A DNA stretch of 64,000 nt from Diplonema japonicum (GCA_964019335.1 OZ025741.1:248001-312000), one strand, 5' to 3'. Counted from the first letter of the stretch, positions 34,501 to 45,111 are shown. Program-made: numbers and translations. The notes: a model not told the origin generated them from the letters alone.

Positions 34501-35788
34501 GGGGCGTCAGAGTCGAGGTGAAGACAGAGCTGGACTGCACAAGGATGGTGCACCCGGTACCGAAGATCATCAGGATGTAGTTGTCCAGACCACCGCACGA
34601 GCGCAGGATAGGGTGCTTGAAGTCGATGTTCAGGAAGTACCTGGTCCACGAGGCAACGCCACCCTTCAGCACGGACTGGAGCAGCTTCACAAGCAGGAGC
34701 AGGCAGGTGGTAAGCATGGTGAGGGACACGAACAGCAGCAGCACACCAGCGTCGTCGTCGGAGATGGGGGTGTCGCGGAGCACGTGACCGGACTTCTGCT
34801 TGATGATGGTCTTCTTCTCCAGCTTCTTAACCTCGTCGTTGGAGGAGGCCTGCGCGATCTTCTCGATAAGCTTCTTGTCAACAGACACCACGCGGCCGGA
34901 GGCAGGCTTCGTGATCTTCTTGATGAACTCCACCTTCTCACGCTTGTCAGTGCTCAGGTTCATCGAGTCCACAGCCTCACCAGCGAGCTCCTTGAGGAAA
35001 CCGGACGCAGCCTCGAGGGGGAGGAACATCCCCACGGTGAGCCAGTTGAACATGTCGTGGAAGACGGCACCGGTGAAGGCCCTCCTGTACTCGGCGGGAC
35101 TGTTCAAGTGAGCAATGGACACAATGGTGTTGGTGACGGAGGTACCGATGTTGGCACCCATCACAAGGTACGCTGCGTCCTCAACGCTGACAAGCTCCGC
35201 TGCCGCCATCGAGATGACGATGGACGTGGTGGTCGACGAGGACTGCATCAGCACCGTGGCGAGGATACCGATGGCGAGCCCTGCAACGGGGTTCGACAGC
35301 AGCTCGCTCTCACGGAAGGCCCTCCCGGAGGACTTCCCGCCGAGGATCTTGAAGGCGTTCCCCATGAGCCCGAGGGAGATGATGAACATGTACAGCACAC
35401 CCCAGATGCTGCAGAACTTCACGAAGTTCACCACAACAGTCTCAACCTTTTCCAGGGGGGTGAGGAACTTCCAAGGTGTGCCCGTGTCAGCCATGGCCTG
35501 CAGGGCCCACACGTCCCCCACCGTCTCGTACTCTGCCCTCGTCATGAGCTTCAGAAAGGCCTTCTCACACTCGGCTTCGCAGTCGAAAGGGTCCCCACCC
35601 AGGATGTCCTTCCCCATAGGGCACTCCCTGAACTTCTCGTAGTCCACGAAGCACGACCCGTGCACGTAGTAGCGGTCCCCTGCCTTCCATGCCTCGTCTG
35701 CCTTTGCCTCGTCGGGAATGGGCTCCGAGCTGAGCTGCTGCGGTGTCTCCCCCTGAGGGGTTTCTTTTGGATGGTCTTCTTGCGTCAT
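31541..35788 (-). CDS. SLC34-type Na+/phosphate cotransporter fused to a claudin/amastin-like four-TM module with an extracellular esterase-like-phytase domain, 1415 aa
   Basis: Two QSSS repeats (LMQSSSTTTS, LVQSSSVFTS), GANIGTSVTNT and GANIGTTVT. Then a TM with W...GLGLWEMC, ADQFGP, RGFGSLA, LESPL, VEG and three terminal TMs. Intronless, visibly GC3-rich. Confidence 0.85.
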   Translation of the reverse strand: MTQEDHPKETPQGETPQQLSSEPIPDEAKADEAWKAGDRYYVHGSCFVDYEKFRECPMGKDILGGDPFDCEAECEKAFLKLMTRAEYETVGDVWALQAMADTGTPWKFLTPLEKVETVVVNFVKFCSIWGVLYMFIISLGLMGNAFKILGGKSSGRAFRESELLSNPVAGLAIGILATVLMQSSSTTTSIVISMAAAELVSVEDAAYLVMGANIGTSVTNTIVSIAHLNSPAEYRRAFTGAVFHDMFNWLTVGMFLPLEAASGFLKELAGEAVDSMNLSTDKREKVEFIKKITKPASGRVVSVDKKLIEKIAQASSNDEVKKLEKKTIIKQKSGHVLRDTPISDDDAGVLLLFVSLTMLTTCLLLLVKLLQSVLKGGVASWTRYFLNIDFKHPILRSCGGLDNYILMIFGTGCTILVQSSSVFTSTLTPLVGIGLIHIEKLVALTHGANIGTTVTGVLSALSSDNVVIGMRVALEHVFFNVLGTVVWFMIWPLRPVPLALAKFMGDTAANLRWFPVAYILLAFLAMPGLVIALSIAGWEVLVAVGVPVAIIVFSILVLIWVRRNRADLLTRGSILRAEELCGKKLPNFMQLWGGDLEKDKVDMEEMRLKEEEAKRIAATVSDWPQSAGAWGLCILAFVAMTLALPTSQWRRMRYAQEERGRKEFGLGLWEMCSDDFKKDHSFASQPQNCNATFIAQCASELELSCSAGYESDEVYSNAWARCTQAGCRSHAWSVECPQINSCKARAGHAERCMKPLKSFTFHVLEQEQNGATWDFSLANEVSSGDVNVLPHDNHFVDSSKKKLTSYTLPAQPLAGTVNPDLTTDLTCTNCSQPCATGTGDFCNDAPGLSGLTYDYCSGELYAMTGRGPSADCNGATVLALQGFSPAVAKLRLGNTYTNEASSTVVHVDSWANLKYSGNNVLAGLSTTDNEVTRVGGAAGWTVATCPANTVVATPASFGLNMGDVQAFGKGMFIGADQFGPEIAIWNAAGEIQAIYTSDAAALGGGANVKAVIPAIYRQRRVGRGFGSLAVNADKDKVVACLESPLTGGDATLLNSNAVRCIMLNVTDYANPSVIMQKVVLLSDAEGEYPASLRNATNTQADVRFSAAAWLSDDKVLLMERATSGPAGVSVILREADFSTGTNIASDATLDSIERVVVAGGALALNPAVNLAAAGIKAVTTKKVFDVNSVEGAAEKITGGSVEGMFIANSHTVVLAESGDFAEHSKVHVVQMDVTLSDFSAPKCAFPKTSTFEGGDNCRKIGDVCPKGDLEGDMETVAGLAVSGTLFLGIGMVAVVLYSFLPHHAVFGKMIFVSAAFLTLAWILVLAAWAHTNQMSTNTYGCLFLDESARSESRGGGMALLHGELQYITRPSYSWAFTIYAWGMLTISLCFVLHRVVRETVMPYPAEEDLSAKEQQ

Positions 35789-36477
35789 TGTTTCTTTTAT
35801 TTTCTCTTAATAACCTGTCGGTGGGCGGGGTCGGGGATTTTATATAAATATATATTTTCTTTAATCTTTCGTTGAGAACAAGAAATAAAAAAAAGAAGAA
35901 AAAGAAATTTGTTTTGGTAAATTGCATTTGTGGCTGGTTGAAGAATGGTGTGAGAAAAAAAAAGGGGGGGGGGGCAGAGGGGGGCACGAGAAGGTCTACT
36001 TTTCTTTAAAAAAAAAAAAGGAGAGATAAAAATTATGAACGGGAAAGACAAAAAAAAGGGGATGGGGGAGAAGGAAAGAGGGAAGTAGAGAAGGGGGGAG
36101 GAAATTCTTTTGTCGCTCAAGCGGTGTTTTTATTTCCCCTCCTCGACCCACTACCACTAAGAAGGATGGGAGTTGCGCTCCACGTTCTAGCATGATTCCT
36201 CTTATCCAGACCGAGAGACCGGGTTAAAATACCCACTCACTGAGCACATTGTTTTGTACAAAAAAGAGGGGGGGGGGGGTGAGACTCTTCTTGTCTCTTG
36301 TATCCTTCTTATCCCCTTCCCCGCTTCTCCAGTCCCTTTCGCGGGGAAAGACAAAACATATTTAAAGGAAGTGAAAGGGGAGGAGCTACAGAAAGGGGAG
36401 GGGGGGGGAGGGGCCGTATAGAGCATGAAATGGTATCCCTACTAAAAACCACGAGCTGGTGGTTCGGCGGCAGAACG

Positions 36478-36508
<31 letters not shown>

Positions 36509-36533
36509 ACTAGAAACAAAAAAACAAAAACCC

Positions 36534-37597
36534 TCACTCAGTCTGTTTTCTCCGCCGATCTCTCCTCCTGACAGGAGAGTTGGTGGCCTTGGTGCGGTCA
36601 AAGGAATGCACGGACTGCGTGACAGGGATGTTGGCGAGAGAAGGCAAGGTAGCGTTGATGAGATCAGAGATATCCGGCTGCCTTTCGTCAAACCACAGTA
36701 TGAGAACGCAGGTACTCGCCATGATCTCTCGTAGGTGCGGGAGGGACTGCACCGTGATACCGTTAACCGTGCGTAGCTCCCTCCCGATCATCCTCTTGAG
36801 GCCTGCCTGGTCGGCAGCTCGGCCCTCTGTTGATTAGTTGTGGGAAACAACAAAAAAAAAATTTTTTTTTTTTTTCTCCATACCACCAACTGCTTCTAAT
36901 CGTGACCCATTCCACTGAGCGCCCATTGGGTCAAGCGGGCCCTTTATCATGAGGACCTCTGCGTCGTCCTTGTCCCTGTCTTCGTCGCTGTACCATTGCT
37001 CGACTTCGAATACTTCGCTGAGCCTGCCTTCGGCCAGCACAACCTCCGTGTGATCCTCACCGAAAAGCTCTAAAAACCCTTCCCTTGCTCTTCTTGCCAG
37101 CAAGAACGACTCAATGAGACGGGCTGTTATGTGTGGGTTTTACTTGTTGGGGTAGGGGGGATACCTTGTTCAAACACCACCAGTGCCAGTTCAGAGAGGG
37201 CTGTCAGGGTTTCAATGCGGTTCATTCCGTAGAGCTGGAGGAGACCTTCGACTGCTCGTCTTGAGTGGACCTCGATTTCAACCTTGTCCGGGCCGCGCAG
37301 GTCTTTCAGGACAAGTGCGAGATTGTGGTGGACGATGATGTCTCGGAGCTGTTTGCTGTTCTTCCCTTCGTCTGGCCGGATGCAGGACCGTAGAATCATC
37401 GCGGCATCCTCATACTGGCCTGGGTATTTTTTTTTTTTTCTTTCTTTCTTTTATTATTTTATAATTTCCTTACCATCGTCATGCAGCACTGCGCATCTGT
37501 TGCAATTCGCATAACAAATGTAATCGCTCGGCACGTCGTCAGACTTCTCCAGCAGGTTGATGACCTGCGTCCATTTCACTTCAGCTTCGGTCAGATA

Positions 37598-37635
<38 letters not shown>

Positions 37636-37700
37636 CAAAAACAAACCTGCCTGTGAAGCGTCATGGCCTCCCCCCACACCCCGCTCCACGAGGCGTGCAT
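36534..37700 (-). CDS. TPR-repeat protein with PDZ-like domain; join(36534..36826,36884..37123,37165..37419,37474..37600,37647..37700); 5' end uncertain
   Basis: Four GT-AG introns of 41-57 nt give one frame. HNLALVLKD and ETLTALSELA are TPR-like; GAQWNG..LEAV...AADQAGL...LRTVNG is PDZ-like. Confidence 0.75.
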
Positions 37701-37936
37701 TTGCTTCTCGAAGTCTGAGAGTTCGGGTGCCAGCAGGCTGCCGAAGTTGCTGTAGAGGGGGTCCTGTGGGATTTTTTTTTTTTTTTTTTTTTTTTTGTTA
37801 CAAATATTTATCTTTCAAAAAATGATTTTATAACTATATGCAACTTGTGCCGAGCAAAAAGCTTTCGCAGCTTTTTAAAAAATCTTTTTTTTTTTTGCTC
37901 GTGCGAACAACAAAGACATATAGTCATAAAGAATTA

Positions 37937-38578
37937 TTATTTTTTTTTTTTTATTTCCAAAAAAAAACAAATACACACCACACACTGCCGCCGTCTGTGT
38001 TGAATGTAAGAATCATCTGACGAGGCTTCCGAAGACTCCCTACGGATGTCTTCTAAGTTTATCCCAATGGACTCCTTGTCGCTCATAGGCGGGGAAGCTT
38101 CGGAATGATACGACGAATCAAGTTGAGAATGTGGTTCGCTGAGTGCGGCCGCGGAGGAGAGAGACTTTCTCCTCTTGCTACGTGGGGAGGAGGCAAGAAG
38201 CTTTGTGATGGCTTCTGCGTTGACCTTGGAGGACCTGCGCTTGTCACGGTGTTGCCCCCAAGGCACAGCAGGGATCTCTGATAATTTCCGTACCCTCTCC
38301 CTGTCTTCCCTTGTGAATGACGAGTTGCTGCAGCCCACATCCGAAATATCATCATACGACTCTTCCTTCTTGTAGGGAACGGGTGTGTCCGTTTTTTGCG
38401 GTACGGCGTTGGCCGCCTCGCTTGCCCGTTTCTTCTCCTTACAAAACATCCTCTTCTCATCTTTCACGGTGGAGTCTCGTTCTTCTGCGGGCGGCGCTGG
38501 CTTAGGCTTCTTCTGAGGTGCAGATGGCTTCTGCGAGCCAGAAGGCCTCTGCGATTGTTTGCTGTCGCAGCAGCCCAT
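37937..38578 (-). CDS. Ser/Lys-rich hypothetical protein with N-terminal acylation motif; 3' end uncertain
   Basis: Starts MGCCDSK behind A-tract-AG; the tail runs into intron-like sequence. Confidence 0.65.
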   Translation of the reverse strand: MGCCDSKQSQRPSGSQKPSAPQKKPKPAPPAEERDSTVKDEKRMFCKEKKRASEAANAVPQKTDTPVPYKKEESYDDISDVGCSNSSFTREDRERVRKLSEIPAVPWGQHRDKRRSSKVNAEAITKLLASSPRSKRRKSLSSAAALSEPHSQLDSSYHSEASPPMSDKESIGINLEDIRRESSEASSDDSYIQHRRRQCVVCICFFLEIKKKK

Positions 38579-38758
38579 TGCCCTCTTTTTTTTTTGGCAC
38601 CCCCCTCCTGCCCCTGTAAATAGATGCGGTATGAGGTTAAGGAAAAACGAAGATTAAGCAAAACAAAAAATTAAAGCAGGAGGGGGGGGGGGGGGGGGGG
38701 GGGGGGTTCTTCCTTTCTCGTGGAGTTATCAATAAAATCTAAGGGCGGGGCGGTTTCG

Positions 38759-38788
<30 letters not shown>

Positions 38789-38790
<2 letters not shown>

Positions 38791-41503
38791 AGTCGAACCA
38801 GAAAACGAACAGAAACCCCCACAGCACGAGCGATAACAGCACCAAAAGTTCCATGTGTTGAAGCATGCGAGTCGTACGGGTGGAACGGAGCTGATCCCGC
38901 AGTGTGTGGCAGACGGGGGCGTGCTGGAGCTCCGTGGTCGAGGTGAGATGGAGGTCCTTACACTCAGTGGAGCAGTACGACACCATAAAGCACACAGTGC
39001 AGTCGATGAAAGGAGAATCGTCAGAGGAGGGGACGTACCGCTTGCGGCAGAAGGCACAGATCGTGTTTTTGGAGTTGGAAACGGTGCCCTCGTGAGAGGA
39101 GCGAATTTCAGCCCACTTCACGCTTTCTGGCACAGGCTCCCTTGTCGACATTTTATGAGCGGCAAGTTCATCTGCGAGAGACTGTGCCAACCTGCGTTTA
39201 GAGGCCTCTCGGGCTAGGTCGAACCGACGCCCGAATTCTTTATTGAACCTTGCGATGTGTGCGGAGTCCGCCTCCCAAGCCTCGACGAGCTGCTCGAAAC
39301 CCGCATTCTCCGTCTGATGGGCCAAGATGTTCGAGCAGAGCGCCGATGCTATCTCGTTATTCTTGCTGTCTCGCAGGACCTCGGTGAAAAAAACATCGTC
39401 TCTCGCCATGAGCCCCGCCGTGGGTGAATCGTACAGGGCAAGCCTCGAAAGAAGCAGCAAAATCGCTCGATTTTCAGACGGGAGCTTGCGTGCTTTCTCG
39501 ATCAGTTTTGGTAGAAAGTCGGGCGTGGCGGCGATGTCAGCCGCGATCGATGGAAGCAGCGCCACATCACACAGAATCTTAACCGCAGACGGGACGTTGA
39601 TAGTGGACCTGCACGAAACACCAGAATCATGGTGGAGCAGAAGCTTCGGCATGTCCACACCAGTGTCAAGCCCGCAACACCTCCAGAATATTGTCAACAA
39701 GTACCTATCGTCTGTGGCCGTGAATCTGGAAAGGCACCCTATCAAAACCCTGTATAAATCCCGTTCTTCGTCAAGCGCAGGTTCCGAGATGATCCTCCAA
39801 GCCGTGTCAAGCATCCACGGGCAAATCTCCGCCACTACTCTGTACATCTCTTTCGATTCCAACACATCGACCACACCGCCTACAACCAAACACCCGATCG
39901 GCACTGTGTAAAGACTGTCCTTTCCCGTTGTGATGTAAGCTTTGACCAAACCGACCAAATGGGGAAGGATCGCCTTGGCGGTGTTATGTTCGATGCTTTG
40001 TCTGTACAGCCCCATGACGCCCATGGCTGATTCGTTGAGAGGGGTTCTTGGTTCGGTTCGAGTTAGAATACCAGCTACGATTGGAAGGAGGGTGGTTGAC
40101 TTTTCCCTGAGGACGTACTCCTTGATGGTTTTATCGTTGGTATCTGCGGAGAGGGTTAGAGCGGTGAGGATCTGTTCGTACGCACCGTCATAACGAGGGC
40201 TCGACGTGAAGCTTCGCAGCAGGTCATCTACTAGAATATCCGTCCATCGCAGTGCGGGTACAGTTGCGTCATGGCACGGGAGCAGTGCAGACATCAACAC
40301 TGCTACGTTACAAGCTAGTTCCGGTGTGTTTATCACGATTTTCTTCCTGGCAAAATCCGGTATTACACCAACTATGGACCCCACCCCGACCAGTTCCTTG
40401 CAGCACATTTCACTGCTTGTTGCAATGTTGCCCAACACACCCGTTAGGTGAACCAACAACCCGACTTGCGATGTTTCGCTTAACAACAACAACCCAATAC
40501 AATGTAAAATCCGGTATTTCGGGTCCAATATCCGCGAAGAAGCGGTTTTCTGTCGTGAAGAAACGGCGAGTAAGGACCACGCTTCGACGGGGGGGGGCTC
40601 CAGACAGAATTTTTCGAGGGCGAGCGACTCCGCGACCGACGGCGCCAACGATGGCGACGAAGAGAGCTCCAACAACAGCAGCACCGCTTCGCGTTTTAGA
40701 ACATGGTGTGCATCTTTTGTACAAAACGCAATGTGGTTAAGACCCTTCAAGACCTCATCTAGCATTCCATCATCAAGAATAGGCATCGGCCGTTCATAGA
40801 ACGGCCGTAAAATCCCGCAAAACCAGTTTGAGAGGATACGTATCGCTAAGTGAACGTCCTCAACAGCGGTTTCCTGAAAGGTCCCGGTAAATTTTTGATG
40901 CGCTGCGAGCATTAAACCCAACACGCGTAGATCGGGTTGTTTGATGAGGGAGTGCGCGCCGAGAGAATTTGAAAAATGCCAGTATTTTCTCAGCACTGCG
41001 TTTCTCTCGTGAATGTCGGCCAGGGAAAGACGTGTTGCGAGATTGACCTCCGGGATGTTGTATGGAGCTCGTGGGACTGCTGAGCGTTTCCTTGCGGAAA
41101 GTACTGTCAACGATAAAATCTTGCACGCATCTGACATTAGCTGCGTTCGTCGAATCGAACAGTTTCTGAGCAGAGCCTCCATATCAATGGTCTCTCCACC
41201 GGTTTTTAAAACCTCTTGAACCACAAATTCGCTGACATTATCTATGACGAAATGGTACAGAATTCTGATGATTCCATCTACTGTTCTGTCGCTGCTGCTC
41301 TCCGACCAGTTGTCACCGCAGACCCCAGGTACCATCTCCCTCTCTTTCAAGATGTTCATCAGGTGTGACATTGCGTCTTGATCGAGCTCTGCGGGGTGCG
41401 CCACGGAGCTGCATTTCTTCTTGATTAGATTCACGAGATCCTCAACGCCCTTTACTTTCTTTTTTCTGTCCTGGGATTTTATCAAAGTGAGGCAGGGGTC
41501 CAT
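38789..41503 (-). CDS. ARM-repeat protein with MYND-type zinc finger and C-terminal TM anchor, 904 aa
   Basis: Leu-rich helical repeats; CAFC...CTVC...YCSTECKDLH...HAPVC; terminal LLVLLSLVLWGFLFVFW. Confidence 0.8.
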
Positions 41504-42128
41504 TCTCTCTCTTTTTTTTTTTTTTTTTTCTCCCTCTCCCCCCCTTTTTTTTTCTTTCGGAATTTTGTATGGTAATGAGGAAAGAAAAAAAAAAAAAAGC
41601 ACAGTGGTTGTGATATAGTCGAATAAAAGGTATAGGGAGAGGGGACAGTGCTCCTGGTTTAACTGTGGGTTTTTTTTTTGAAGTTGATTATTATTAACAT
41701 TCTCCCCCCCCCTTTTTTTCTCCTATTCTTCTTCTTTTTTTTTGAAAAAATTATTTTGGGGAGAAAAAAACTATCCTGGCACTTTTTTTTTTTTTTTTTT
41801 TTCTCGCGCTAAGCGGATTTTTAAAAAAAGAATTATGACCCGAAAAAAGCGTTGTTAAGTCTTGAAAGAAAACCCTGCTCATAAACTATCAACTAACTGC
41901 GCCAAAAACCCTCTCCCTGAACTCACGTTGCTTTTTCTTTTTTTTTTTTTTTAGAGAAAAAAAAAAAAAAACACAGCTTAAGAAAAATTAGGAAAACCAA
42001 AAAAAAAAAAAGAAAAGACCTCCCCCCTCCTTTTCCATCCCGGGTAATTGGAAAAGAAGTATGTAACAAAAAAAAAAAAGAAGAAAAAAAAAAAAAAAAA
42101 AAAAAAACCTCCCAAACAAATCTTTTTT

Positions 42129-42274
42129 TTAAGTCAATGAATAGCTGGAGACCCCAGTACTCGACAAAAAGATCCGGGAACAAAGCGAGCCGCGGTCGGC
42201 CGCGGGTATCAGAGCAGTTGGTGCCCTCCACTCCCACGAGATGTATTGGGTGCCGACGGAAGGGGTTTGGGGAA

Positions 42275-42307
<33 letters not shown>

Positions 42308-43617
42308 CCCTCCACATACAACGGGAACTTGTTCGGGGTCCACCAACACAGCCTCGTACTCCTCCATTTCCAGAACATAGGTCTGCCTGACCGTTCGCCC
42401 CCTTCCGATGAATTTTACCGGTTTGACATCCACGCCCAGTTTCTCGATCCCACGCTTCCTGACCGCGTCTTCGTGAGACTCGGTCTCATGAACATACCCC
42501 GCAGGCAGGCCGATAATACCTGGGAGGGACGAGTCATCACCCGGCCGTGTCACCGTCAACACCATGTTTTGATCCTGGTGTTTTTTTTTTTTTTCTTTTT
42601 TATTTCACTCTTCAGAAATTACTTCACGCACTGGGGGGCCCATTACTTCACGCTAAATCTCATTACTTCACGGTGAAATAATGGCCTGTTTTCCGTGAAG
42701 TAATAGGGGGTTTCCGTTAAATAATATGCCTCGGTAGGCCAATTTTTGCCTCGGCCCCAGGTTCAGCTCAATTGGCCAACTTTTGCCTCGGCTCAGTTCC
42801 AAGTTGGACTACTTTTTCCTCCCAATTTGCCCACTTTTGGCTAGGCCTTGTTCCCAGTTTCTGGGGGTAACTCTTCTGTGGGTAAGGGTAACTTAGTCAG
42901 CTTACCCAAGCTCCCCAAAAGACTTCAAAATACCGAAGCAGCAGAAGAAAAGGAGCCAGCGGCCGCGCCAGGTATGGGAAGGCCTGATTAGAGATGGTGA
43001 CAGTGGCAATGCCAGCGACAGCGGCAGCTCTTAGTCAACAAAAGGAGGAAAAACAACTTGTATTGTAACCTTTGTAACCCCTCTCTTGTTGTACCCCTTG
43101 TCACCCTGTTGTGCCCCTCGTGGTGAAGTAATTTCAGAGTGTCGTGAAATAAAACCACTTACCTACCGCCAAGTAATGCTTTACCGACCTCGAGGTAACG
43201 GTAAAGTCATTACTTGTTGGCAGTAAATAGCTATTATTTCACTCTTCCTCATTTTCTTCACTCACTAGGGGCCTCATTATTTAACGCGAAATGGCCATTA
43301 TTTAACGCAGGGCCCTCGTGCAAAAAATTCGGGAACTCGAGTTAAATAATGACTCATTATTTGTTGGCAATAAATAGCTATTTTTTTTTTTTTTTTTTTT
43401 TTTTCCACACCTTCGGGTTTCTGATCGCAAATGCAACTGCGTGCCGAACAGGGAGAACAGTCTGCACACCGGCGCCATTCGAGCACCCGCCTTCCCCTTT
43501 CAACGCGAAAACTAGCATCATGCATACTATTCCGATCGCCACAAAGATCAACCGTGAGCACAACGGTGTCTTGCTGGGAATAGACTGCTGTGTTGCCCCC
43601 CGCAGTAACTGGTGCAT
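42129..43617 (-). CDS. Nudix hydrolase with N-terminal signal anchor; join(42129..42275,42320..42574,43411..43617), 202 aa
   Basis: Splicing joins AVAFAIRNPK|DQNMVLTVTRP. Variant Nudix box GLPAGYVHETESHEDAVRKRGIEKLGV; C-terminal TQYISWEW...GSLCSR. Confidence 0.8.
42599..43380 (+). mobile_element. Crypton-like non-autonomous elements E (42599-43233) and F (43228-43380) in tandem inside Nudix intron 1
   Basis: IR pair 42599-42627/43124-43153; repeated ATTACTTCAC/GTGAA(A/G)TAA motifs; terminal hairpin ~43170-43217; TAGCTA at 43228-43233 and 43375-43380. Confidence 0.65.
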
Positions 43618-43729
43618 TTTCTTTTTAATTTTTTTTTCCCCCCTCCCCACCCCCCACACCGTGTCTGGATTGTGTTGTGGGGGGGTTGCGGGGGAAAAAG
43701 AAAAAAAAGAAGAAGAAAAAAAAATACAT

Positions 43730-44197
43730 TCAATACGCAATTTTTTGAAGAGATCTTTCAGTCTGGTTGATCTCCTTCCGTAGTCTGGCCGTTGTTCTTT
43801 GTCTTGTGAGTGCTTCTTCTGTGAGCTGTCGCTGTAGGAAGGCGTTCTCCGCGATCAGTAAATCTAAAGTGTCGTTGAGGTCTTCTGCAAGGTCTGTGGT
43901 GTGCTGGCATTGTGTGCAGCCTGCCTTGTCTTTCATAAGAGTGATGGTGTCTCGCATTTCTAGGTTGTCTGCCTCTAGCTGTCTCATTGTTTTGTGTTGA
44001 ATGGCGTTGCCTGTTGGGGATACCAGTTCGTAGCCCAGGTTGTGCTTGTCGCACCTCTTCAAGGCCTCCACCACAGCATCATACTCCTTGTCCATCCCCC
44101 ATGCTGCTCCCCAGGCTGCGCCCCCGTTGCTATCCTTTGCTACCGCAAAGGCTTTGTAGTTTTCTTTTGTCAAAAAGTCGTCGTAACTCTCTTCCAT
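43730..44197 (-). CDS. Hypothetical protein with DUF4189-like N-terminus and coiled coil
   Basis: YKAFAVA...WGAAWG...AVVEALKRC, followed by a heptad-rich C-terminus. Confidence 0.65.
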   Translation of the reverse strand: MEESYDDFLTKENYKAFAVAKDSNGGAAWGAAWGMDKEYDAVVEALKRCDKHNLGYELVSPTGNAIQHKTMRQLEADNLEMRDTITLMKDKAGCTQCQHTTDLAEDLNDTLDLLIAENAFLQRQLTEEALTRQRTTARLRKEINQTERSLQKIAY

Positions 44198-44521
44198 GTT
44201 AACATCTGTCTGGTACACTGCTGGCACGCGTGTAAGAAAAATAACAAAAAAAAAAAAAGAAAAGTGAGGGGAAACTTTTTCTGGGAGGGGGGGAAAGAAG
44301 AAGAAAAATATTTAAAAAAAAAAAAAACAGGGAGAGGGAACACTTTTTTTTTTTTTTTTTAAAAAGCTCTTCTTCTTGATCAAAAAAAAATACCAGGAGA
44401 AAAAAAAAAAAAAAAAAAACCCGAATCATACCCAAAAAAAAAAAAAAAAAAAAAAAAAAAAACACTTTCCCGGGAGTAGGAGGGGGGGGACAAAAGGGGG
44501 GGGGATAAATAAAAAAAAATC

Positions 44522-45053
44522 CTAAAGCCCTGCGAAGGAAGTGTCCTTCTTGGGTGCGGGAAGCCCGGTACCATAGTTGCTGGTAAGGCCGAACCCGGGG
44601 CGAGCACCGTCGACAGAGGCGTTGGGCTGTTTTGTTTTGAATATGGAAGGAAAAAAAAAGGGGGGGAAATACCTTAGGGATGAAGGGGTACACGGCACCG
44701 AACAGGACACCCACGGTGACGACGGTCCACGACTTGCGCTTGTTCATCATGGCAGAGAACTGCTGGGTGGTGATGTCCCACGGCCTACGGGTGGACCTCT
44801 GGTACAGAGATGCGGGGGGGAGGGGCTTGGGCACCTTCGCCTCTGCCGAGGGCATCCTGACGGGGTACGACGCGTAGTCCCCGAGAGTGTTAGTGTACAA
44901 CTTCAGGTTAGGGTTGGGCATCTCAATACCGAGGGGCTCCTGGGTGGTTTTCCCGTCTGCTGCAATGTGCGACGTAATGGACACGGGCCCCACAGTCTTG
45001 TTGGGCATCATGAAGGTGAGGTCAGGGTGGTGAACGCATTGGGTACCGGACAT
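44522..45053 (-). CDS. Hypothetical single-TM protein; join(44522..44626,44673..45053), 161 aa
   Basis: GC3-rich ORF; a 46-nt GT-AG intron joins FIPK|PNASV; one hydrophobic helix. Confidence 0.75.
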
Positions 45054-45111
45054 TTTATTATTTCTTTTTTTTGCCTCTTTTTTTTTTTTAGAATAGATAT
45101 CACCTGTGGTG

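Noticed and set aside
31610-35875. Long plus-strand ORFs (767 aa and 504 aa)
   Set aside because: Antisense shadows of the GC3-rich SLC34 fusion gene; no motifs of their own.
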